A DNA stretch of 20,849 nt from a virus. Taxonomy: Duplodnaviria; Heunggongvirae; Uroviricota; Caudoviricetes. The translations under genes were made by a program, and so were the position numbers. The stretch spans positions 1 through 20,849 of IMG/VR virus record IMGVR_UViG_2778261244_000002; one strand, 5' to 3'. This document shows, piece by piece, positions 9,061 to 18,229 of this stretch (its first letter is position 1; the number at the start of each line of letters is the position of its first letter). The notes beneath the pieces were generated by a model. That model saw only the letters and a list, made by a program, of their open reading frames with translations, was not told the DNA's origin and searched no databases.

Positions 9061-9136
9061 GGATGAGTAATCTATACCATCATCTTGATAAAAGTATTAA
9101 AAATGGTAAATTTAGCAAGCTACATATTAAAGGAAA

Positions 9137-10534
9137 ATGAAGATGTATGAAGTAATTGATATATCAGCGCAGGAAATTAAGGCGTTGTTAAACACTGCTG
9201 AAGATCATTTCAATGATTTTAAAAGTAAGCAAATAGCGCCTAATAAATTACAAGAAACTTTTGTAGCATTTGCAAATGCTGATGGCGGTAATATTTATAT
9301 TGGCATAGAGGATGCAGCTTCGGGGAGAGAGCGTATATCTGGTTTCAATGAGCCAGAGGAAGCGAATGCTATTATTTCGACCTTATTGGAAAATACTAAT
9401 CCAGCTGTTGAGAATGTTGAGGTGGAATATTTAAGAACACCTTCCAATGGATTGATTTTACATGTGGATATACCAAAAAGCCCCAAAGTTCATTACACGG
9501 CCTCTGGCGATTGCTTTATAAGAGCTAACGCGCAAAAATTAAAAATAAAAGGTGAGCGAATTACTCAGCTTTCCTATTCTAAAGGCGCAGAACCTTATGA
9601 AAAAAAAGCAGTGGATATAGTTGAAGTAGAAGATATTCTTGAAAGTGAATATTATTCTGATTATTTACGTAGAATAGGAACGACTCAGTCACCGAGAGTT
9701 TTTTTAAAAAAACAACGACTGTTAACTAAGAAAGATGGTGAATTTGTCCCGAATGTAGGCTGTGTTTTACTATTTGATGAAGAGCCTCAAGGATGTTTAG
9801 ATACTCGATGTGCTGTAAAAGTATATCGGCTTAGAACAACTGAAGCAGAGTACAAACGTGAACAATTACAGGAAGATCCTGTAACGATTGAGGGGCCACT
9901 TGAAGTGGTTATTTTAAATACAATAGCAAAAGTAAAAGAATATGTTGATGGAGCATCATTCAAAGACGGCGAAAATCTAGTAAAACTTAGCTATCCTGCA
10001 GAAGCATTGAAGGAAATATTAGTTAATGCTGTTATTCATAGAGATTACAGCCAAAAGGATGATGTGCACGTAAAAGTTTATGACAACCGGATTGAAGTTC
10101 AAAGTCCAGGCAGATTGCCTGGATACATGACTATTAATAATTTATATGAAGAGCGGTTTTCTCGTAATCCAAATTTAGTGCGTTTGTTGCATAAACTTCC
10201 CAATCCAGTGAACCATGATATTGGTGAGGGGCTTGATACTGCAAAAAATGAATTGCGTAAGGCCGGGTTGGTAGCCCCGGTATTTGAAGAAAGGGGCAAT
10301 AATTTTGTTGTAATAGTTAAGCATCAAACAATAGCCTCAATTGAGGATGTGATTATTAATTATTTTAAAGAAAATCCAACGGGACAGCTCACAAATAAGT
10401 TGGTTAGACAATTAAGTGGCGAAGATGACCTTCAAAAGGTTAAAAAGGCATTGCAAAAGTTAAGGGAGGAGGGCGTAATAAAACCATTAGATCCTAACGC
10501 GAATCCTTTCAAATTTAAATATATTAAAGCTTAA
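9137..10534 (+). CDS. Schlafen-like AlbA_2 domain + HATPase_c_4-like domain + C-terminal wHTH protein (COG2865-type); candidate anti-phage cargo
   Basis: N-terminal EDHFNDFKS...ETFVAFANADGGNIYIGIED matches the AlbA_2/Schlafen-like signature; central LKEILVNAVIHRDYSQKDDVHVKVYDNRIEVQSPGRLPG matches HATPase_c_4; C-terminus looks like a winged HTH. AT-rich relative to flanks; followed by a hairpin terminator. The start may be the second ATG at 9143, which has better RBS spacing. Confidence 0.75.
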   Translation: MKMYEVIDISAQEIKALLNTAEDHFNDFKSKQIAPNKLQETFVAFANADGGNIYIGIEDAASGRERISGFNEPEEANAIISTLLENTNPAVENVEVEYLRTPSNGLILHVDIPKSPKVHYTASGDCFIRANAQKLKIKGERITQLSYSKGAEPYEKKAVDIVEVEDILESEYYSDYLRRIGTTQSPRVFLKKQRLLTKKDGEFVPNVGCVLLFDEEPQGCLDTRCAVKVYRLRTTEAEYKREQLQEDPVTIEGPLEVVILNTIAKVKEYVDGASFKDGENLVKLSYPAEALKEILVNAVIHRDYSQKDDVHVKVYDNRIEVQSPGRLPGYMTINNLYEERFSRNPNLVRLLHKLPNPVNHDIGEGLDTAKNELRKAGLVAPVFEERGNNFVVIVKHQTIASIEDVIINYFKENPTGQLTNKLVRQLSGEDDLQKVKKALQKLREEGVIKPLDPNANPFKFKYIKA

Positions 10535-10537
10535 GTT

Positions 10538-10566
10538 AAAGGTGGAGGTTGTCTCCACCTTTTTTC
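10538..10566 (+). terminator. Rho-independent terminator
   Basis: AAAGGTGGAG-GTTGT-CTCCACC followed by TTTTTTC, immediately after the 465-aa gene stop. Confidence 0.75.
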
Positions 10567-10585
10567 ATAGGTAATGATTTTTAAA

Positions 10586-11614
10586 TTATAGTTTATAGTG
10601 TTCGAAAGTTATTGCTTCTTCATTGATCCAATAGTTGAGATCTTGTAACTTCTTCTGAAGTGGCATCAGTTCATTCCGAACAAATACCCGGCTGGCCTTC
10701 TCCACATCCCCAAACCCTCCAACATTATTAGGCATAATCCCCATCATTTGCGGCGGCACGCGGTGCGCAGCCATCATGTCGTCGCGGCTGACATTTTTGA
10801 TATTCAGAAATTCATCCTTCGCCGCGACTTCTGATAACGGGATGATTTGAAGCCCGTCCTTTTTGCCGTTAGGCGAGTACATAAACAGATTGCGGAAGTT
10901 GCCTGGACCTTTGGCGCTTTTCATTGCGTTGCGGAGGTTGTTCACATCCTCCTGGTTCTGCGCGGCATCGGTCATGTACATGATGAAGCCTGCATGGCTG
11001 CCGTTGATGTAATACTTACGGCGGAACAGCGTGGCGGACTCGTTGAGCAGGGCTGACGGAATGGCAGAAAGATAGCCGGGCAGGCCGTAGATCTCCTGGT
11101 TAATGTCCGGTTCCATCAGATGAAAAATGCTGCCTTTCGTGAACTGATACGGCTGGGTTGTCATACCGTATTGCACAAACCAGTAGGTATCCAGGTCTAA
11201 CCCGCGTCGGGTGTATTTTGCCAGAGCAGGCTCAAGGGCGATAACTTCACCGAAGCGGTTCGTGCGTTTCTCCAGGTAGGCGTTACCAAATACCAGATAG
11301 TCCTGCACAAAACGTGAAAAAGCCTGCTGGCTGAGCAGCGGATGGGGGATGTAGGTACTGGTCAGAATGTTGCATTTCACCGCAATTGGTGAACTGTGAT
11401 GCACGGCGGCGCGGAAGGTGCGTGCCAGTCCGTCAAAGCTTACTGGCGGCTCATACCAGCGATCTGTCTGTACGCATTCCACATAGTCCAGTAGTTCGCG
11501 GCGGTCCAGAACAGGAACGGGATCACCGAAGCTGAATGCTTCGGCTGTAGTTTGACTTTTATGCTGGATCTGGTTCGTCGACGCAGCGCGGTTCTTCTTA
11601 CTCTTTCCCATCAA
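10586..11614 (-). CDS. Q: Portal (capsid) protein, P2 gpQ-like
   Basis: 342-aa protein of gpQ-like length, translationally coupled to the upstream P remnant (its start overlaps the P stop), in the P-Q leftward arrangement of P2. Confidence 0.85.
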   Translation of the reverse strand: MMGKSKKNRAASTNQIQHKSQTTAEAFSFGDPVPVLDRRELLDYVECVQTDRWYEPPVSFDGLARTFRAAVHHSSPIAVKCNILTSTYIPHPLLSQQAFSRFVQDYLVFGNAYLEKRTNRFGEVIALEPALAKYTRRGLDLDTYWFVQYGMTTQPYQFTKGSIFHLMEPDINQEIYGLPGYLSAIPSALLNESATLFRRKYYINGSHAGFIMYMTDAAQNQEDVNNLRNAMKSAKGPGNFRNLFMYSPNGKKDGLQIIPLSEVAAKDEFLNIKNVSRDDMMAAHRVPPQMMGIMPNNVGGFGDVEKASRVFVRNELMPLQKKLQDLNYWINEEAITFEHYKL

Positions 11615-12285
11615 AAAATCTCCACAATATTACTGGTATTGGCGGACTCGCCCTGCAGTGGTTCGTTAAACAGTGCGTGCATTGTTGCCCAGGCCAGATC
11701 GGCGTGGCTGGCTTCTTCGCTGCGGCTGGCTTCATAGGTCGGGCGGTTGCCGCTGGCGGTGGTGGCGCGACGGATTGCCATGAATGACTGCGCAATGTCG
11801 GTGTGCCCGGCGTCAAACTCCAGACGGCGGTGGCTGATAATGTCGTAGGCCTTGAGCACCAGGGCGTTTTTAACGTTGGGGTTGTAGACAAACTCCCGGA
11901 CGGCAGGAAAGAATGCTTTCACGTTCTCGTAAACCCCGTGACCAACGCCGGTTGAGTCGATACCGATATAAGTCACGTTGTACTGTTCGGTCAGTTTTTT
12001 GATGGCGTCAGCCTGAGCGCGGAAGTCCATCCCGCGCCACTGGTGACGCTCAAGAATGCGGAATTTACCGCCCGGTACGGCTGGCGGTGCCACCACCACG
12101 CATCCGGCACTGTCGCCGTTCTGAGTACCTTTTGCGGGGTCATAACCGATCCATACTTCGCGCCAGCCAAACGGGCGCAGGGCCAGTGCATGGAAGTCGG
12201 TCCAGATTTCCCAGCTGTCCACCATGCACGCCTGCAGTTCGCTGAGCGGGAACACGGACGCGAGATCGTCCACGAACTCGCACAT
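11611..12285 (-). pseudogene. P: Terminase large subunit (gpP-like), C-terminal nuclease-domain fragment only
   Basis: Only about 224-263 aa of an expected ~590-aa terminase remain (open frame reaches at most 12402); the sequence contains the RNaseH-like nuclease region (GYDPAKG...GIDSTGVGHGV) and lacks the N-terminal ATPase. Confidence 0.7.
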
Positions 12286-12545
12286 CAGCAGGTTCTGGTA
12301 TCCAGCGTGACGATACCGGGGAAGTGCAGGCCGTGGAGCTTGTCGTGCGTGGACGTCACAAAGAAGTGGATTCCGGCGAGTGGAAGACGGGCGAAAGCAA
12401 CACTACCAAAGTGACCAGTACCAACAGCTACGCGAAGCTGACCATCAATGGTGAGGTGCTCTATGAAGTGGACCTTATCAACATGGTGGAAATTGTGGAC
12501 GGTGTGGACCTGATGGAAGCGCACCGCAACGCCCTCGGCCTCTGA
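12246..12545 (+). pseudogene. Probable tail-tube (FII-like) C-terminal fragment
   Basis: Open frame without a credible start, ending 55 nt upstream of gene E; called on position (FII precedes E in P2) and tail-protein-like sequence (KLTINGEVLYEVDLINMVEIVDGVDL). Confidence 0.3.
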
Positions 12546-12599
12546 TGTATCTGAACGGCGCGGGATACCGCGCCAGAACCCAATTGACAGGACAGCAAA

Positions 12600-12902
12600 A
12601 TGAGCGATAAGCAGACTGAAAAGACTATTCAACTGGATACCCCCATCAAGCGCGGTAAAACAGAAATCACCGAAATTGTGCTGCGTAAACCGCAGTCCGG
12701 TGCGCTGCGCGGTACACGCCTGCAGGCCATTATGGATATGGATGTAAACGCGATGATGACCGTGATCCCCCGCATCTCCAGTCCGGCACTGACCGCACAG
12801 GAAATTGCAGAGATGGACCCGGCAGATCTCACTGCCATGTCGGTTGAGGTTGTCACTTTTTTGTTGAAGAAGTCGGTGCTTGCCGGTTTACCGACAGCCT
12901 GA
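12600..12902 (+). CDS. E: Tail assembly chaperone gpE
   Basis: 100-aa ORF directly upstream of the tape measure gene with the slippery heptamer TTTTTTG at 12857-12863 near its end. Confidence 0.8.
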   Translation: MSDKQTEKTIQLDTPIKRGKTEITEIVLRKPQSGALRGTRLQAIMDMDVNAMMTVIPRISSPALTAQEIAEMDPADLTAMSVEVVTFLLKKSVLAGLPTA

Positions 12903-13036
12903 CGGTTGACGATCTGGTGGCAGATATCGCCACCATTTTTCACTGGCCGCCATCCGTTACTGACGTTATGCCGCTGACCGAAGTGCTGGAATGGCGGTAT
13001 AAAGCGATTCAGAGAAGCGGGGCCAACGATGAGTGA
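12600..13036 (+). CDS. E': gpE+E' -1 frameshift fusion product
   Basis: After a -1 slip at T_TTT_TTG (12857-12863) the -1 frame stays open to a TGA at 13034-13036, adding about 58 aa (...VEEVGACRFTDSLTVDDLVADIATIFHWPPSVTDVMPLTEVLEWRYKAIQRSGANDE) and overlapping the T start. Confidence 0.65.
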
Positions 13037-16000
13037 TAATAACCTGCGCCTTCAGGTCATTCTTAATGCGGTTGACAAGCTCACCCGCCCATTTCGATCC
13101 GCGCAGGCCAGTTCAAGAGAACTGGCTGCTGCTGTCAAAAAATCCCGCGATGCAATAAAGCAGCTTGATCAGGCCGGGAGCAGTCTGGACAGCTTCCGAA
13201 AGCTGCAGGCAGAAAATCAGAAATTAGGCGACAGGCTGAACTATGCCCGCCAGCGTGCAAATTTGCTCAGTCAGGAACTGGGAGCGATGGGGCCGCCTTC
13301 GCAACGTCAGGTTGTTGCTCTGGGCCGTCAACGGCTGGCTGTTCAGCGCCTGGAAGAACGCCAGAAAAAGCTGCAGCAGCAGACGGCGCTTGTGCGTGCT
13401 GAACTGTACCGGGCGGGAATTTCTGCGAAAGATGATGCGGGAGCAACTGCCCGTTTAGCCCGTGAAACATCACGTTATAACCAGGAATTGTCGAAACAGG
13501 AGGCGCGGCTGAAGCGACTGGGTGAAGCTCAGCGCAGGATGAATGCGGCGCGTGCCAGTTATGCCCGTTCGCTGGAGGTGCGCGATCGTATTGCAGGAGC
13601 CGGAGCCACTACCACGGCTGCAGGGCTGGCAATGGGGACGCCAGTGATGGCGGCAGTAAAAAGCTATACCAGCATGGAAGATGCCATGAAAGGTGTGGCA
13701 AAGCAGGTCAATGGTCTGCGTGACGATAATGGAAACCGTACTGCACGTTTTTATGAAATGCAGGATGCCATCAAGGCTGCCAGCGAACAGTTGCCGATGG
13801 AAAACGGTGCGGTGGACTTCGCTGCACTGGTTGAAGGTGGTGCGCGCATGAACGTCGCAGACCCTGACGACAGCTGGGAAGACCAGAAACGTGACCTGCT
13901 GGCCTTCGCCAGTACGGCAGCAAAGGCGGCAACAGCCTTTGAGCTGCCAGCGGATGAACTGTCAGAAAGTCTGGGGAAAATCGCCCAGCTCTACAAAATA
14001 CCTACCCGCAATATTGAACAGCTCGGCGATGCGCTGAACTATCTGGATGATAACGCCATGTCGAAAGGGGCGGACATCATTGATGTGATGCAACGTCTGG
14101 GCGGTGTGGCTGACCGTCTGGATTATCGTAAAGCGGCGGCACTGGGTTCCACCTTTCTGACACTGGGCGCTGCGCCGGAGGTTGCAGCCAGTGCAGCAAA
14201 CGCGATGGTGCGTGAATTGTCCATTGCCACCATGCAAAGCAAGAGTTTCTTTGCAGGGATGAATCTGCTGAAGCTCAATCCTGAAGTGATTGAAAAGCAG
14301 ATGACGAAGGATGCGATGGGAACTATCCAGCGTGTGCTGGAGAAGGTGAACGCACTGCCGCAGGACAAGCGTCTGTCTGCCATGACCATGTTGTTTGGTA
14401 AAGAGTTTGGCGATGACGCGGCGAAACTGGCAAACAACCTGCCGGAACTACAGCGCCAGCTAAAACTGACAGCGGGCAATGATGCGCTCGGTTCCATGCA
14501 GAAAGAATCCGACATCAACAAGGACTCACTTTCTGCTCAGTGGTTGCTGGTTAAAACCGGAGCGCAGAATACCTTCAGCAGCCTGGGCGAAACGCTGCGC
14601 CAGCCGCTGATGGATATTCTGTACACGGTGAAAAGCGTTACGGGAGCGTTGCGTCGCTGGGTGGAAGCTAACCCGGAACTCACGGGCACACTGATGAAAG
14701 TAGCCGCTATTGTGGCTGCGGTTACCGTAGGCCTCGGCACCTTGGCTGTGGCGCTGGCTGCAGTGCTGGGGGCGCTGGCAGTCATCCGTCTGGGATTCTC
14801 TGTGCTGGGCATCAAAACGTTACCTTCCGTTACGGCAGCAGTAACACGAACTAGCAGCGCGTTGTCCTGGCTGGCTGGCGCTCCACTGGCAGTGCTGCGA
14901 CGCGGGCTTGCTTCATCGGGTAACGCAGCGGGTTTACTTACTGCGCCGTTGTCGTCTTTGCGCCGTACGGCATCACTGACGGGAAATGTCCTGAAAACTG
15001 TAGCAGGTGCGCCGGTTGCACTATTGCGGTCTGGATTATCCGCTTTACGTGCTGTTGCTGTGATGTTTATGAATCCTCTGGCGGTACTGCGCGGTGGACT
15101 GGCTGCCGCAGGCGCGGTGCTTCGTGTGCTTGCATCTGGTCCGCTGGCGATGCTGCGCGTTGCCCTGTATGCCATATCTGGTCTGTTAGGTGCTCTGCTC
15201 AGTCCGATAGGTCTTGTGGTTACTGCACTGGCGGGCGTGGCGCTGGTTGTCTGGAAATACTGGCAACCCATCACCGCATTTCTCGGTGGCGTGGTGGAAG
15301 GATTCAAAGCGGCGGCAGGTCCCATCAGTGCTGCATTCGAACCACTTAAGCCTGTGTTTCAGTGGATTGGCGACAAAGTACAGGCGCTGTGGGGCTGGTT
15401 TACTGATCTGCTGACGCCCGTTAAGTCGACCTCTGCCGAACTGCAGAGTGCAGCGGCAATGGGGCGGCGATTCGGGGAGGCACTGGCGGAAGGGCTGAAT
15501 ATGGTCATGCATCCGCTGGACTCCCTGAAATCCGGCGTTTCCTGGTTGCTGGAGAAGCTCGGTATTGTCAGTAAAGAGGCCGCAAAGGCAAAACTGCCGG
15601 AAAGCGTGACGCGTCAGCAACCTGCGACGGTGAATGCAGACGGTAAAGTGATGATGCCATCGGGTGGTTTTCCATCATGGGGATATGGCTTTGCGGGGAT
15701 GTATGACAGCGGCGGGTATATCCCGCGCGGGCAGTTTGGCATCGTCGGTGAAAACGGGCCGGAAATTGTTAACGGCCCGGCAAATGTGACCAGCCGGAGA
15801 AATACAGCTGCACTGGCTGCCGTTGTTGCCGGAATGATGGGCGTTGCTGCCGCGCCAGCAGAGCTTCCACCGTTGCACCCTTTGGCACTTCCCGCGAAAG
15901 GTGGAGAAGCAATTGTGAGTCGCGCAGCCACTGTGCCACTCGTTCAACGGATTGAGGCACCGACGCAGATCATCATTCAGACGCAGCCAGGACAAAGTGC

Positions 16001-16106
16001 GCAGGATATTGCGCGGGAGGTGGCACGCCAGCTTGATGAACGTGAACGCAGGCTGAAGGCAAAAGCCAGGAGTAACTACAGCGATCAGGGGGGATACGAC
16101 GCATGA
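13029..16106 (+). CDS. T: Tail tape measure protein, gpT-like
   Basis: 1025-aa protein with an N-terminal coiled-coil-like region, central hydrophobic segments, repeated (A/L)LR(R/S/G)GL-type stretches and a Gly-rich C-terminal part; position after E/E'. Confidence 0.85.
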   Translation: MSDNNLRLQVILNAVDKLTRPFRSAQASSRELAAAVKKSRDAIKQLDQAGSSLDSFRKLQAENQKLGDRLNYARQRANLLSQELGAMGPPSQRQVVALGRQRLAVQRLEERQKKLQQQTALVRAELYRAGISAKDDAGATARLARETSRYNQELSKQEARLKRLGEAQRRMNAARASYARSLEVRDRIAGAGATTTAAGLAMGTPVMAAVKSYTSMEDAMKGVAKQVNGLRDDNGNRTARFYEMQDAIKAASEQLPMENGAVDFAALVEGGARMNVADPDDSWEDQKRDLLAFASTAAKAATAFELPADELSESLGKIAQLYKIPTRNIEQLGDALNYLDDNAMSKGADIIDVMQRLGGVADRLDYRKAAALGSTFLTLGAAPEVAASAANAMVRELSIATMQSKSFFAGMNLLKLNPEVIEKQMTKDAMGTIQRVLEKVNALPQDKRLSAMTMLFGKEFGDDAAKLANNLPELQRQLKLTAGNDALGSMQKESDINKDSLSAQWLLVKTGAQNTFSSLGETLRQPLMDILYTVKSVTGALRRWVEANPELTGTLMKVAAIVAAVTVGLGTLAVALAAVLGALAVIRLGFSVLGIKTLPSVTAAVTRTSSALSWLAGAPLAVLRRGLASSGNAAGLLTAPLSSLRRTASLTGNVLKTVAGAPVALLRSGLSALRAVAVMFMNPLAVLRGGLAAAGAVLRVLASGPLAMLRVALYAISGLLGALLSPIGLVVTALAGVALVVWKYWQPITAFLGGVVEGFKAAAGPISAAFEPLKPVFQWIGDKVQALWGWFTDLLTPVKSTSAELQSAAAMGRRFGEALAEGLNMVMHPLDSLKSGVSWLLEKLGIVSKEAAKAKLPESVTRQQPATVNADGKVMMPSGGFPSWGYGFAGMYDSGGYIPRGQFGIVGENGPEIVNGPANVTSRRNTAALAAVVAGMMGVAAAPAELPPLHPLALPAKGGEAIVSRAATVPLVQRIEAPTQIIIQTQPGQSAQDIAREVARQLDERERRLKAKARSNYSDQGGYDA

Positions 16107-16588
16107 TGATGGTGCTGGGATTGTACGTGTTTATGCTGCGCACCGTTCCGTATCAGGAACTGCAGTATCAACGCAGCTGGCGACATGCGGCAAACAGTCG
16201 GGTAAACCGACGTCCGTCCACGCAGTTTCTGGGACCGGAAAACGACATGCTGACGCTTTCCGGTGTTCTTATGCCGGAGATAACAGGCGGCAGGCTGTCG
16301 TTGCTGGCACTGGAGCAGATGGCAGAACAGGGGAAAGCATGGCCCCTGATTGAAGGCAGCGGCACGATTTACGGCATGTATGTGATTGAGGGACTGAATC
16401 AGACTAAAACGGAGTTTTTCCGCGACGGTATGCCGCGCCGCATTGAGTTCACCCTGTCGCTCAAACGAGTGGATGAATCCCTGTCCGATATGTTCGGTGA
16501 TCTCAGTGCGCAACTGAATAATCTGCAGGACACGGCAACGTCTGCCTTAAGCGATATCAGTAAAACGGTGGGAGGGCTGCTGTCGTGA
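16103..16588 (+). CDS. U: Tail protein gpU-like
   Basis: 161-aa ORF translationally coupled to T (ATG overlaps the T stop) with a CAGGGGGGA RBS; size and position match P2 gpU. Confidence 0.8.
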   Translation: MMMVLGLYVFMLRTVPYQELQYQRSWRHAANSRVNRRPSTQFLGPENDMLTLSGVLMPEITGGRLSLLALEQMAEQGKAWPLIEGSGTIYGMYVIEGLNQTKTEFFRDGMPRRIEFTLSLKRVDESLSDMFGDLSAQLNNLQDTATSALSDISKTVGGLLS

Positions 16589-17685
16589 ATTTCAGCTCTG
16601 AACTGCTTAACAAAGGCAACAAAACTCCCGCATTCAGCATCAGTATTGAGGGCAGGGATATCACCACTGTGCTGGATAACCGCCTGATGAGTCTGACGCT
16701 GACGGATAACCGGGGCTTTGAAGCGGACCAGCTTGATCTGGAACTGGATGACGCTGACGGAAAAATCGTGCTGCCGCGCCGTGGTGCGGTCATTACGCTG
16801 GCGCTGGGCTGGAAGGGGCAGCCGCTTTTCCCGAAAGGGGCATTCACAGTGGACGAGATTGAACACACTGGCGCACCGGACCGCCTGACTATCCGGGCGC
16901 GAAGTGCTGATTTTCGGGAAACGCTGAATACCCGCCGTGAAAAATCGTGGCATAAGACCACCGTCGGGGAAGTGGTGAAGGAAATAGCCGCGCGGCACAA
17001 GCTGAAGATGGCACTGGGTAAAGACCTGTCGGATAAGCCCGTGGAGCATATAGACCAGACTAATGAGAGTGACGGCAGTTTTCTGATGCGGCTGGCGCGA
17101 CAGTACGGTGCCATCGCGTCGGTGAAAAATGGCAATCTGTTATTCATCCGGCAGGGGCAGGGCAAAAGCGCCACTGGTAAACCTCTGCCAGTGATCACTA
17201 TCACACGCAAGGACGGCGACAGTCACCGATTTACCCTGGCAGATCGCGGAGCCTACACGGGCGTAATTGCCAGCTGGTTGCATACCCGCGAACCTGCGAA
17301 GAAAGAAAGCACCACGGTGAAGCGTAAGCGCAGAACTAAGAAGCAGAAGAAAGAGCCAGAAGCGAAGCAGGGCGATTACCTGGTGGGTACGGATGAAAAC
17401 GTGCTGGTACTTAATCGCACTTATGCCAACCGGAGCAACGCCGAACGAGCGGCGAAAATGCAGTGGGAACGCCTGCAACGCGGCGTTGCGTCATTCTCGC
17501 TACAACTGGCAGAAGGGCGGGCAGATCTCTACACGGAAATGCCAGTGAAAGTCAGTGGCTTTAAACAGCCGATAGATGATGCGGAATGGACCATTACGAC
17601 TCTGACGCATGCCGTCAGCCCGGATAACGGTTTTACGACCAGTCTGGAGCTTGAAGTGAGGATTGATGATTTCGAAATGGAATGA
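16585..17685 (+). CDS. D: Tail protein gpD-like
   Basis: GTG start overlapping the U stop, GGGAGGG RBS; 366 aa; T-U-D-ogr order matches P2. Confidence 0.8.
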   Translation: MNFSSELLNKGNKTPAFSISIEGRDITTVLDNRLMSLTLTDNRGFEADQLDLELDDADGKIVLPRRGAVITLALGWKGQPLFPKGAFTVDEIEHTGAPDRLTIRARSADFRETLNTRREKSWHKTTVGEVVKEIAARHKLKMALGKDLSDKPVEHIDQTNESDGSFLMRLARQYGAIASVKNGNLLFIRQGQGKSATGKPLPVITITRKDGDSHRFTLADRGAYTGVIASWLHTREPAKKESTTVKRKRRTKKQKKEPEAKQGDYLVGTDENVLVLNRTYANRSNAERAAKMQWERLQRGVASFSLQLAEGRADLYTEMPVKVSGFKQPIDDAEWTITTLTHAVSPDNGFTTSLELEVRIDDFEME

Positions 17686-17775
17686 TTCTTCGCAATGGAG
17701 AACTTTTAAGTTTGCAAAATGGAATAATGCGGTATCATTATTGTGAATTTAGCAAAAATGGGGAGAACTCGAAAA

Positions 17776-17994
17776 ATGATGATTTGCCCACTGTGTGGAA
17801 GTGCCGCCCATACTCGCAGCAGTTTTCAGGTATCTTCATTGACCAAAGAGCGTTACAACCAGTGCCAGAACATTAACTGCAGCCATACTTTTGTTACCCA
17901 TGAAACTTTTGTTCGTTCGATTGCAACGCCAAAAGAGTCAAATCCGGTTCAGCCGCATCCAATGAAATCAGGACAGGTGGCGCTCTCTCTTTGA
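17776..17994 (+). CDS. ogr: Ogr/Delta-type zinc-finger late-gene transcriptional activator
   Basis: MMICPLCGSAAHTRSS...ERYNQCQNINCSHTF matches the Ogr C2-C2 zinc-finger pattern (CPLC...CQNxNC); the ATG at 17776 is preferred over the track start. Confidence 0.85.
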   Translation: MMICPLCGSAAHTRSSFQVSSLTKERYNQCQNINCSHTFVTHETFVRSIATPKESNPVQPHPMKSGQVALSL

Positions 17995-18016
17995 CGCTGC
18001 CGCCATTTTGTCGCCA
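17995..18016 (+). repeat. Candidate att core (attR copy) of a 22-nt direct repeat
   Basis: CGCTGCCGCCATTTTGTCGCCA directly after the ogr stop matches 20-41 (CGCTGCCGCCACTTTGTCGCCA) in 21 of 22 positions, same orientation. Confidence 0.5.
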
Positions 18017-18074
18017 TCGTAAAAAAACAGTGTTTCTAACATCATGATTTTAAACAGCTTAAATTTCAGGCAAC

Positions 18075-18117
18075 AAAAAACCCATCAACCTTGAACCGAA
18101 ATGGCGGGGTTGATGGG
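18075..18117 (-). terminator. Rho-independent terminator (minus strand), downstream of ybjL
   Basis: Perfect 10-bp inverted repeat CCCATCAACC / GGTTGATGGG with a 16-17-nt loop, followed on the minus strand by TTTTTT. Confidence 0.6.
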
Positions 18118-18229
18118 CTCCACAAAATGGGGACATCAAAGAAAAGCAGTGGCACTAATTAAGACTGATGCCCTGCGGAAAAGTTCTGCGGTTGTGCAAA
18201 AAAATTTCATTTTCAGGGCAACTTCAGTT

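Noticed and set aside
12285-12632. 115-aa minus-strand ORF spanning the deletion junction and the E start
   Set aside because: Antisense to the tail-tube remnant and E; His-rich nonsense-like translation and no RBS.
14537-15325. Long antisense ORFs inside the tape measure gene (262 aa and others at 13962-15995)
   Set aside because: Typical spurious open frames opposite a GC-rich, alanine-rich coding region; no RBS context, and the sense frame is continuous over 1025 codons.
16399-17210. Two ~216-aa minus-strand ORFs overlapping gpU and gpD
   Set aside because: Antisense to translationally coupled, positionally conserved tail genes; Ser/Arg-rich low-complexity translations.
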